From contig NC_092671.1 of the NCBI RefSeq assembly GCF_964355755.1, forward strand, positions 13,082,001 through 13,146,000: DNA of 64,000 nucleotides, in the 5' to 3' direction. The notes under the pieces are model-generated. The model was not told the origin of the DNA. It was given only the letters and a program-made list of their open reading frames with translations, and ran no database searches. The DNA comes from Antedon mediterranea. Lineage: Eukaryota > Animalia > Echinodermata. Of the stretch, positions 11,203 through 21,538 are shown one piece after another. Positions within the stretch are counted from its first letter, which is position 1. Each line of letters begins with the position of its first letter. Both the position numbers and the translations under genes were made by a program.

Positions 11203-14004
11203 TTAGTGTTCCATTGGTTGCTCTCCCTCTGGTTTGGGAGTAGATTCCCCTTCTGCCGCCGGTGCAGTCTCAGCTTCCATTGAACTTTCATCTTTCTTGG
11301 TTCGAGATGGTTTACTTTCGATTCCGGCCAACTTTAGCATTATGGTTAAGCAAAATAAATACAATTTGATAAAACAGTGTCAATGATTCCTAATAATGAA
11401 ATAAAGCTCAAAAGGTATGTTGAAAAATTGCACACAATTATAAAGGATACAAAGTTTGCTACATCATCATCTTCATAAACTGTAAACTTCTGATCTTTAC
11501 CCACAATCGCAACAGAACAGTTCTATAAACAAAAACATGATAAACAAATACAGAGTGAGTAAGATATGAAATAAGATTCTATCCTAGGCATTGGTATTTA
11601 TGCCGTTAAATAAGGTATATTAAAATATTCTGGCACAAAGGAAGATTTACTAGAATGGTGCACAGATGACCAGAACTGTCTACATACCTTTGTTGTAAGC
11701 TCACTTTCATTTGGTAAAGTATCTCTCAATGCAGTAAGCCCATGCTTTACAAGCTCTTCAAGTGTACCTTAAAAACAATTAAAAAAAACATGTTTAGCAG
11801 CCAGGTAGCTTGGTGGTATATGCTTACCTGCAAAGATCTGAACTCTTAGCTAGTCAACTTTAATTGACCCGGCATATAATTAATATACAATAGTATAAGA
11901 AATACGACAACCTGATATACAAGGTTTCAGAACATTAGGTGCTATATAAATCCAGGATATTATTATTACCAGTTAATTTTATATCAGCATTTTGCCAGTT
12001 CACATAAATTTTAATACTTACTGTCTGAAAATTGATTGAGATACTTTTCTAGATACGTTCTTGCTGATTGAGAACGTGCTCCAATTGCCATTGCTTTGCA
12101 GTCATAGTGGTTGGATGATGGACATGTTTGATAAATATGGGGACCAGTTTCCTAAAGACGGGAAATCATTCACTCAATATCAATCCACCATAATTGTTAA
12201 CACTGTACTTTATAAAGGATGCTTTAATTGCTATTTTTTTTATATTATAGTTAACCCTCCAAAAATAGACATTGTCTGGTTGAATTATTTACATTATAGA
12301 TAAAAATAATAATGTGTAATTACAGTAATAATATTAAATGAAAGCAAAATGAAATACACATACATCATAACCAGCAACAAGTAACCCAACACCAAACGGT
12401 CGACGTCCATCTCGCTGCGTATTCACTTGTGACTCTAAATCAAGTAATATAAGGAATGGTACATACAATAGGCAATTTAGTTTAGTAACTATAGTAACTA
12501 AAACAAACTGAAATTATTATATGCATACATTTTTGTAGTGTACTAGTAGTAATATAGAAATGATTTTATGTACAATTTTGGCAAAGTACAAGAAATGTTT
12601 TTGAAATGGTCGAAGGATACTATTGCCAACAGCACTGATGAGTCTTGAAAGAGGCAAGGCTGAGTTATATGCATATCTTGAGTTCATACATTCTGCTCTC
12701 ATGAATTTGCTGTAAAAAATCACACAGATAATTAGTATGTTCTGAACATAACCACCATGAAATGGGGTACAATAAATACATTCCTGAAGGCAGGTTCTAG
12801 TTAGTATTGCCGCAATATAAATAATTTATTGATACAAACAAATCACAACTCAACAGAATAATATTAAAATTTCTATTTGTTTACCTTAAAAGTCTAGCAT
12901 CTGAAGTAAGCCCTGCGATTGACACTCCGACATGATCATCAATTGGAATAATCTTTTTTTGATGAGCAGATAATTCTGATGAAGCTCTCTGCAAAAAAAC
13001 AAAATACAAACTATGATTTAGTTTGGTGTAAAAAGTGTTTTTTACTTGCCATACAGTACTATGCTAACAGGGTTTAAAGAACCATAGTGGGTGTCAACAA
13101 GCAAAGTTAGAGAGTGAAGAAAATAAACGATATTAATAATCTGTACTTTAAGGTATATCAAGTTTCATGGGTGACCATATATCGAAAATAGATTAGGTCT
13201 CTCGACATAAGCATAGATTAAGACACGACTTACTTTTAAAGCAACTACAACTGCATGTGTCTTGGATTTGAGACCAACTGTAGCAGAGCCTTGTTTCACT
13301 GCTTCCATTGCATATTCAATCTGGTGTATGCGTCCTTGTGGACTCCATACTGTTACATCGTTATCATACTGATTTCTAAACTGTTATTAAATGAAATGTA
13401 TAAAAAATAATCAACTTTACTGTATACAAATTAAATGAAATAGTTCTAGTACTAGGCTAGGCCAGCTAAATAATTGATTGTTTGGTGTATAATTAATCAT
13501 ATACAGTATAATTAGTATACTTATACTAATAGATCTTTTCTAGGGCTTTGGCCTACATGTAACATACATAGCTTAGGCCTAGCTAGGCCTATTGCCTATT
13601 ATTGGTATTTATTGCTATTTAATTTAGTATTATGTAGCTGAAAATGAAAAATATTGAAAAAATTAAGTAATTAAATAGAAAATTAATTACTACTGCTGTG
13701 ATCTTTCTAGTAATGTTAATTACAGGTAGGCTTTAGGGAGTGTAGAGTAGACTAGTAGCTAGGCCAAAGTACAGATTTTGCGCTTCAACCACACGTCCCT
13801 CACTCGGCCCGGAGATGTTCAATTTCAACACTGATTGATCTTGTTGTAGTAATAGTAGTAGGCGACCAGGCTAGGCCTAGCTTTTCGGATTAGGCCTAGC
13901 TTAGTTACACTGGAGGAGACGATTCCCTAATAGATATAATTTATTTATATTATCATTATTTAACAGCTAAAGTCTGCAGACATATTTAAGTGATACATTA
14001 CCAT
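11203..14004 (-). CDS. PSMA1: 20S proteasome subunit alpha type-1 (alpha6), 9 coding exons
   Basis: Exons 14004-14002 (ATG only), 13380-13234, 12988-12885, 12709-12621, 12434-12364, 12151-12022, 11767-11688, 11522-11451, 11331-11203: [45 protein letters not shown]...[17 protein letters not shown]...EQPMEH*. Confidence 0.97.
11332..11450 (-). other. U12-type GT-AG intron, PSMA1 intron 8
   Basis: Donor GTATCCTTTA; branch point TTTTGCTTAAC 14 nt upstream of the 3' end; acceptor ..CTAAAG without a pyrimidine tract. Confidence 0.85.
12435..12620 (-). other. U12-type GT-AG intron, PSMA1 intron 4
   Basis: Donor GTATCCTTCG; 3' end CCATTCCTTATATTACTTGATTTAG (TTCCTTA branch-point motif, no long pyrimidine tract). 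Confidence 0.82.
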
Positions 14005-14557
14005 GTTTTTTGAAGAATTGACCGCACCGGTACGTCTTCTATATATTTTGTTGATTCACGTTTTTTTGTTGGAATGCTCACGGCCAATGTTTTAAAGAAA
14101 AGCGCGACAAGAAGCAATAGTTGTATTATTTATAGTACTGTACTTTTTATACGCATGGCTCGCTAAACTAGACGTACAGAGTAAACCATCGGTATTTTGT
14201 AAATTTTTCGTGAGATTATAATGCATAAATAATTTGATGACATTACAATTTTAAAAAGCAGCCTCACTAGTTTATTTGTAAAAGCTTGTTGTTGAAAGAA
14301 ACTTAATGACTTAATGTGAAATGAAATGTTACTAGTATAGGTACTTTGTATGTTAATTATAACTTTATTCATTTTATACTTTAACAAAATATAAAAGTTT
14401 CTTATATACAGAATAATAATTGCATGAGAATTTCATGGCACACCCGATCTGTGACAAATATGAATTAAATGACGGTGCTTGTGTTGCATGGAGAGTGCGA
14501 GATGGCTATGGATTTTCAGGAGGTAAGATCATCATAGTTTTCATTACTTAACTAACA

Positions 14558-14562
14558 CTATA

Positions 14563-14608
<46 letters not shown>
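14558..14608. repeat. (TA)n microsatellite
   Basis: Direct observation. Confidence 0.97.
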
Positions 14609-14610
<2 letters not shown>

Positions 14611-14716
14611 TACCGTAAATTATAGAAACAGTGCTCACATTCGGAACATGATCTCATAATCGCGTCGAGGATAGCTCATTGGCGAAAGTTCCGTATTTTT
14701 TAGTTGTATGAAAAAA

Positions 14717-14788
14717 TGTCTCTGGCTGGATTCGAACCTGCAACCTCTCGCTTACAGGGCGAGTATCATACCACTAGACCACAGAGCC
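14717..14788 (-). pseudogene. tRNA-like sequence (tRNA-Pro-like body, TGT in the anticodon position); pseudo-tRNA or SINE head
   Basis: GGCTCTGTGGTCTAGTGGTATGATACTCGCCCTGTAAGCGAGAGGTTGCAGGTTCGAATCCAGCCAGAGACA then TTTTTT; A box TGGTCTAGTGG, B box GGTTCGAATCC; mismatches in acceptor and T stems, C at position 33. Confidence 0.7.
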
Positions 14789-14972
14789 ATGTATGGTATT
14801 ATCACAGATTTTCACCCACCAGATACATTCTCTCATACAACAAACGCCCTCACAATCAGTGGAGGCCCAACAAGTCAGAACAAATTCCAACTTTAATTCG
14901 CAACGGTTTTTTAAATAATATTGTGTATATGTAAATCAATGATGTTGCGTAGCACTGCGCAAATCATACATA

Positions 14973-15205
14973 AATCATACCGTAAATTATAGAAACAGTG
15001 CTCACATTCGGAACATGATCTCATAATCGCGTCGAGCATAGCTCATTGGCGAAAGTTCCGTATTTTTTAGTTGTATGAAAAAATGTCTCTGGCTGGATTC
15101 GAACCTGCAACCTCTCGCTTACAGGGCGAGTATCATACCACTATATGATACTATCTGGTGGGTGAAAATCTGTGATAATACCATACATGGCTCTGTGGTC
15201 TAGTG
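14973..15205. repeat. Tandem duplicate of 14607-14775 (truncated tRNA-like copy) followed by an inverted copy of 14773-14825
   Basis: atcataccgtaaattatagaaacagtg... repeats almost exactly; 15153-15205 is the reverse complement of 14773-14825. Confidence 0.9.
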
Positions 15206-15358
15206 AAGGGCTAGTGTTGCCCGAAAGCTCTGCTAACTTTTCTGGCTGTTTACTTTATCGTTTTGATTTAGCTTTTCGCTTTTTATTTTTGTATCTCCAT
15301 TGAGATCCAGCCACTGATACCCACAGCATTGTCATTTTTTTCAGTAATTTGCCTTTGG

Positions 15359-15361
<3 letters not shown>
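15203..15361 (+). mobile_element. Possible Penelope-like element terminal-repeat fragment with partial hammerhead core
   Basis: TGAAGGGCTAGTGTTGCCCGAAAGCTC = stem II + GAAA + palindromic AGCT + UC; T-rich tail running into (TA)n. 5' CTGA of the core is missing. Confidence 0.4.
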
Positions 15362-15414
<53 letters not shown>

Positions 15415-15430
15415 AATTATATATATATAT
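15362..15430. repeat. (TA)n microsatellite
   Basis: Direct observation. Confidence 0.97.
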
Positions 15431-15582
15431 TGCATGTTGTATTTATTGAATGAAATTTGAATACATTCTTTTTCGGATGTCCACGAAGGAAAAAGGGTGT
15501 ATGGTCCGCATGAGGCAATGTGTAATTAGTATTATAATCAGGGAAAAGTGAAATTTAATTGTAATTTCACTCTTTCATGGTT

Positions 15583-17373
15583 TTATTGAGATGAAGAAGC
15601 AGTAACGCTGATTCCAGTGTGAAATGAAGGAAGAGGCTTTTGTAACAAACGGGTCCACGTCATATTATGCTCAGGATCTTCAACGAACAATTCCAGGACA
15701 GGTTCCATTCTATTCTTCACTATTACCGCGTATACTCTCTCTTCACACACTTGAGGAGAAATGAACAAAACCTCACCATTGAATTGCACGGTTTGGTGTT
15801 CTTTTGAAGCGGTGTCAAATTTGGTTATGTTTCCATCATGTCCTACATATACAGTGTGTTCGTGTATTGTCAGTTTTCTTGATGAATCCGGGTCCCCTTC
15901 AATAGTAAATGATATGTGTGGAAGCATTTTCTCATTTACAGGCGAGTACCCTATAAGTGTTACATCCGTCTGACGGTATCTATCATCAGACCCTGCGTCT
16001 TTTTGTCGAATAATATAAAATGCGTTTTTACCACTGACAAGAGAAGGATTTGTTGACGGGTGATTGAATCCTTCACAAACATTCCATTCATCACCATTAG
16101 GATCGTAACCGAGACATTGGTTCATGAAACCTCTTTGACCACCAACACAATAAATTAGGCCATTGAGCTCAACACATGAACTTCCTCTGGTGGTCCTTGA
16201 TAGCGCGTTAGGACTGTGAAGGTACTTCCGCTTTTGTTGCACACCAGGAGGTCTTCGAATTGTTTCCATTTGGTGTTTCGTTTTTAAGTTATACCGGTAC
16301 TTTACCAGGCATCCTCTTGAGTGCATCATTAAGTAATCGTCTAGTACAATCGGTCTATTTCGACACGCACATATATCCAGAGAACATGTACCAATTGTGT
16401 CAATAGTACCGAGTGAGTCATCTTTATAGTGATTCATGAAATCAATTTTAAAAGCAGTTGCTGAGTCTCCAGATGTATTCACAAAGACTAGAACGTTTTC
16501 ACGCCTCAACCGGGCAGCAGTACTCAAACGATTCTTTGTAAACGTGTGTGTCTTTAACGACATCTGAGCATTTAAAATCCGCTCCATTGTTCCAGCCTGA
16601 GAAAAATTAATACCTGAGTCAGATTCAAGTTTCTTTACTTGAGGAATTATAATATCCTCAATACATTTCAGAGTAATTTTATCGAATTGCACTAGATCCA
16701 AGAACTCGCAGATGTCAACTAAACGTTTTGAATCGCTGTAAGTCCAAGATAAAATGGCATCAAAGACCAGCCTTTCAGAATTTACCCTCAATTTACTGCT
16801 GCGTAATATTTCAAAGATGATTTCCTTTGGAAGTAGAGGAAACGAGCTTGTGTTGACGAAGTCTTTGAAATTGTTCAACAATGTTTTCAACGCAAATTCT
16901 TTTAGATCACTGAAACTATTGCTACGAAGTGAAAACATTAATAGAGGTACACACGTTTCCTTGCTAATGTGTTTCTTCAATTCGGAAACACATAAATCGA
17001 TAATAGACTGAATTTGTAAGAAATCTGCAGTTTCCAACAATTTGAAAATAGTTTCGTTTGAAATGGTCAACGATCCTGTGTACAAAAAGTTTAATACGGT
17101 TCGCAAACTGTCACTGTCGATAGTGTAGAAGTTGACAACACCATTCAACGATTCCTGATAATCGCTGATAAACATGGCTCGGAAATAACAACTTGTTGAA
17201 GCTAATAAAAGTCGATGGCACGGGAACTCTTCCCCATCTCTGGTCCTAATTACAACGTCAGTCAATAGATTTTCTTTCCAAATTGATGCAATTCCATTGC
17301 TGACAACCTGTTTGAAGTTCTTGAGTGTTTGCTCTTGGGAGAAAGCACCCAGTAAATCACAAAAATCGACCAT
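15583..17373 (-). CDS. BTB-BACK-Kelch-like protein (596 aa, uninterrupted CDS; putative CUL3 substrate adaptor)
   Basis: BTB motif LTDVVI..EFPCHRLLLASTSCYFRAMF..FLYTG..LLETADFLQI; BACK motif IFEILRSSKLRVNSERLVFDAILSW; one clear Kelch repeat LNGLIYCVGG..YDPNGDEW, others degenerate. A splice acceptor lies 6 nt before the ATG, implying a 5' UTR exon. Confidence 0.9.
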   Translation of the reverse strand: MVDFCDLLGAFSQEQTLKNFKQVVSNGIASIWKENLLTDVVIRTRDGEEFPCHRLLLASTSCYFRAMFISDYQESLNGVVNFYTIDSDSLRTVLNFLYTGSLTISNETIFKLLETADFLQIQSIIDLCVSELKKHISKETCVPLLMFSLRSNSFSDLKEFALKTLLNNFKDFVNTSSFPLLPKEIIFEILRSSKLRVNSERLVFDAILSWTYSDSKRLVDICEFLDLVQFDKITLKCIEDIIIPQVKKLESDSGINFSQAGTMERILNAQMSLKTHTFTKNRLSTAARLRRENVLVFVNTSGDSATAFKIDFMNHYKDDSLGTIDTIGTCSLDICACRNRPIVLDDYLMMHSRGCLVKYRYNLKTKHQMETIRRPPGVQQKRKYLHSPNALSRTTRGSSCVELNGLIYCVGGQRGFMNQCLGYDPNGDEWNVCEGFNHPSTNPSLVSGKNAFYIIRQKDAGSDDRYRQTDVTLIGYSPVNEKMLPHISFTIEGDPDSSRKLTIHEHTVYVGHDGNITKFDTASKEHQTVQFNGEVLFISPQVCEERVYAVIVKNRMEPVLELFVEDPEHNMTWTRLLQKPLPSFHTGISVTASSSQ

Positions 17374-17725
17374 CTTAACCTAAATAATAAAGTATAATAC
17401 GTTATGAATAAATAACATAAGACCCGATAACTTGGTAGGCCTAATATTATGAGGTTGATTTTGATGAAAAAAATATCGGTTATAATAATATGATCGCGGA
17501 AGTTCGACAATTTTTTAGAAATAATGGAATGACAAATATCTTACGGATTTTCCAATAATTGGATTTAGATTATAGAATTTAACAAAAGTATGACGTCAAA
17601 AATCAAGCGTGACCGACCAAGCTCAATGCCAGGATTAAAAGCAGTTTCAATAACATTGAAAAATACAGCGTTTAAACGTATAGCCTAAGTAGCCAATATC
17701 AAACAAAATTGCCTACGAATAATTT

Positions 17726-17808
17726 AACGATCCTGTGTACAAAAAGTTTAATACGGTTCGCAAACTGTCACTGTCGATAGTGTAGAAGTTGACAACACCA
17801 TTCAACGA
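17726..17808. repeat. 83-bp perfect copy of BTB coding sequence 17069-17151
   Basis: aacgatcctgtgtacaaaaag...caccattcaacga is identical at both positions. Confidence 0.95.
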
Positions 17809-18598
17809 GAAAATTATAATAACTTACAATTTTAAAATTGTTAGCTTTTGTAGGAAGTTAACCGACTAGTAATATACCATAACATGATACCAATAGACCA
17901 TGACCGGCCTACAATTACTACAATAAATACCGCATACATAAAGTACAGTATTAGTATAGTATGTAGAATGTTGATATCAGACATATACCCTAAAATAATA
18001 TTGAAATACCTTACCCGAGACGTGAATCTCAACCAAGTCGTGTCAATGCGGTTGTAAATACGATTATTGTATTAAAGGGTAGACTATTCATAGAAACAAG
18101 TCATCCATATAAGTATAGAAGTATGATGACAACCTAAAGTGAAGTATTGTAAATAGGCTTACCGCAGTACCACAGACAATTATGACTTAGGCCACTGTGG
18201 CATACCGTATGTTCAAGAATGTCTTTTTATATTTTATTTATTTTTATTTTGAGAGTGGGAATTTTTCAGTTGTCAATTCACGTCTATGCATGGGGTCGGG
18301 TCGCTAGGAAAACTATCTTTAGCCTAAAAGTAATTTTTGAAGATACTTCCTTGATTAATAATAATTGTTAAAAAATACATTTAGTCAAAATCATTAATAC
18401 CATATCCTTACTTACTGTATCAAACTAAGTTCCAAAAAAGTATTGGTTAAATTTTGTTTTAAATATATACAGTAGGGCCTACTAATGATTTAATTGGCCC
18501 TATTCAATTCAAATGTGAAATTCAAATTTAGTAGAATACTAAATAAATAGCATAATATTAATATCCCTTTAGTAATACATCGAAGAAGAATACTATGA

Positions 18599-18830
18599 CG
18601 AATTTTCCAGTGCATTCGAGAAAATAATAGGTTATTCAGTAATGATACAAAAACAGAATAGGTTAATAATAAGCCGCAGTAGTAGTAGTAGTATTAAGAT
18701 CGTATAGTATAATATAACGCGCAGTAGGGAAGAATGTTCTAGTGAAAAATGGAACAGTCCAGATATGTGACGTCATCGAGATCGAGAATATTCACCAACT
18801 ATCTATACATGAATCGATGTATATATAAAC
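18599..18830 (+). promoter_or_regulatory. HSP70 promoter: heat-shock elements, CRE and TATA box
   Basis: nGAAnnTTCn units at 18599-18624, 18731-18747, 18785-18794; TGACGTCA at 18768-18775; TATATAAA at 18822-18829, ~85 nt before the ATG. Confidence 0.8.
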
Positions 18831-18913
18831 GATCCACTGCGATGAAGAATATCAATTCAAAATCAAACTGAAGAAATTCACAGAAGACTGAAGGAAAAGA
18901 CAAAAACTGCAAA

Positions 18914-21538
18914 ATGACAAGTAAAGCGATTGGAATCGACTTGGGAACAACATATTCATGTGTTGGTGTGTTTGAGAACGGGAAGGTTGAAATAATCGCA
19001 AATGACCAGGGTAACCGAACAACACCAAGCTATGTTGCATTTACAGACACCGAAAGGTTGATAGGAGATGCTGCGAAAAATCAAGTTGCAATGTAAGTTG
19101 TTTTAATTTATTTAAATGTACTTAGCATATATAATATAAGTTACTGTATATTCCAGCACTAAAGCTTATACACTATCAGGCCTGGGCATATACTATAGCA
19201 GACCTATTTTCGAGATTTACTTTAGTAAATAATCGATATTACCTCTGGAGTAGTAATCGATGAAGCAATCCATTAAATGTCTGATTTGACTTTGAAACAA
19301 TTAATTGATCAAATGTTAATTTTCGTGTAAAAATGTTACTTTTGATGACAAATAGGAAGATGGGACGAGAAGAGCGGTGGCTATTCACACTTTAATATCA
19401 ATTATTAAAAACACGTATAGCATACCCATTGCAATATATAAAATATATAGCTGAAAATGAATAGCTGTTACGCCCGTGGCATGGAATTTATAGGTCCGAT
19501 GCCCATAGTAAATAGATTATTCAAATTGCTGGCCTATATGGATCAAATATGACTCAGTTAGAGCCATACCACTAAAATTCCAAGCAGTATTCATATTGCT
19601 GAAAATATTTTTGCTATGCAATCTGACACCGTGATGAAATGAATTGAAATGGAGGTAATAAATTTATAGATGAACGAGTGCATAGGATTGTATCTATTAC
19701 ATGGAATCTCCAGTAAACATTTGCGTTAACTTTTAAATTTGTATTTCTTTTATATTTAAATATATATATGATAAATAAAAATAATATTTAACACAAAAAC
19801 ACGTTTGTTTAACAGGAACCCAAAAAACACAGTGTTCGACGCAAAGCGGTTGATTGGAAGACGATTTAATGACGCTTCTGTACAGGATGATAAAAAACAC
19901 TGGCCGTTCACGGTCATAAACGCTGGGTCAAAACCAAAGATCCAACTGACGTACGCTGGAGAAGAAAAGACATTTACCCCGGAAGAAATCAGCTCTATGG
20001 TCCTGACGAAAATGAAAGAAACTGCAGAGGCGTACTTAGGCAGTAAAGTCACTGACGCTGTTGTCACCGTACCGGCTTATTTCAATGACTCTCAGAGACA
20101 AGCTACGAAAGATGCAGGCGTCATAGCTGGTATTAACGTTCTGAGGATCATCAACGAGCCCACGGCTGCTGCCCTAGCCTACGGTCTGGATAAAAAGCTT
20201 GACGGAGAAAAGAACATACTGATCTTCGATTTGGGAGGAGGAACGTTTGATGTTTCTATCCTAACAATAGATGGTGGAGTATTTGAAGTACGTTCTACTG
20301 CTGGTGACACTCACCTCGGAGGTGAAGATTTTGATAACAGACTGGTAAATCATTTGGCATCCGAGTTCAAGAGAAAATACAAAAAAGATATGGCGACAAA
20401 CCCTAGAGCAATCCGCAGACTGAGAACAGCTGCAGAAAGAGCAAAACGAACACTTTCAAGCAGTACACAAGCTAGCATTGAAGTTGACTCACTTTATGAA
20501 GGTATAGATTTCTATACCTCTATAACCAGAGCGAGGTTCGAAGAGCTTTGCTCAGATCTGTTCAGAAAATGTTTAGAACCTGTTGAAAAGGCGATGAATG
20601 ATGCGAAATTGGACAAAGGAAGCATTGATGAAGTTGTGTTGGTTGGTGGCTCTACAAGAATACCCAAAATACAGAAGCTTCTCCAAGATTTTCTGAATGG
20701 GAAAAACTTAAATAAATCGATAAATCCAGATGAAGCGGTTGCTTATGGAGCAGCGGTGCAGGCAGCAATTTTATCTGGAGTTGACAATGAAGCAGTAAAA
20801 GATGTACTTTTGGTCGACGTGGCTCCTCTATCACTCGGCATAGAAACAGCTGGAGGTGTAATGTCCGTCTTAATCAAAAGAAACGCTCGAATACCAACTA
20901 AAGCGTCTGAAGTATTTTCGACGTATTCCGATAACCAACCTGCAGTTTCTATTCAGGTATACGAAGGAGAAAGAGCAATGACAAAAGACAATAATCGCCT
21001 CGGTACATTCGATTTATCTGGAATTGCTCCTGCGCCAAGAGGGGTTCCAAAGATTGAGGTAACATTTGATATTGATGCCAACGGTATCATGAATGTATCT
21101 GCAAAAGACACTGGAACAGGGAAGGAAAATAGAGTCACTATTACCAACGATAAAGGAAGGTTATCAAAGGCAGACATCGAACGAATGGTAAATGAAGCAG
21201 AGACATTCAAAGCTGAAGATGAAGCTCAACGGGAGAGGATTCAAGCCAAGAACAACCTGGAAGGTTATGTGTACAATATCAAATCCACAATAGAAGATCC
21301 TGCTGTAGCCAATAAAATCAACAGCGCTGACAAAAACACGATTGAAAATGCGGTGAAAGATACGATTGAGTGGTTGGATAGTAACAACCTGGCCTCAAAG
21401 GATGAGTTTGACTACAAATTGAAGGAGCTTCAAAACGTCTGCTCACCGATTATGACTAAACTTCACGGTGGCGCAGCAGCAGGATCAGATGGGGCACAGA
21501 AATCGAACACTGGCCCAACTGTGGAAGAAGTAGATTAA
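18914..21538 (+). CDS. HSP70: Cytosolic heat-inducible Hsp70 (633 aa, single intron 19093-19815)
   Basis: Exon 18914-19092 [25 protein letters not shown] joins exon 19816-21538 [15 protein letters not shown]; signatures [14 protein letters not shown] and [15 protein letters not shown]; C-terminus GPTVEEVD without GGMP repeats; HSEs upstream. Confidence 0.98.

Noticed and set aside
19805-21538. 577-aa truncated Hsp70
   Set aside because: The N-terminus is in exon 18914-19092; splicing restores the full protein.
8582-21538. LSM-HSP70 linkage as MHC class III synteny
   Set aside because: The MHC-linked gene is LSM2; this is LSM5, and PSMA1 is not an MHC proteasome subunit.
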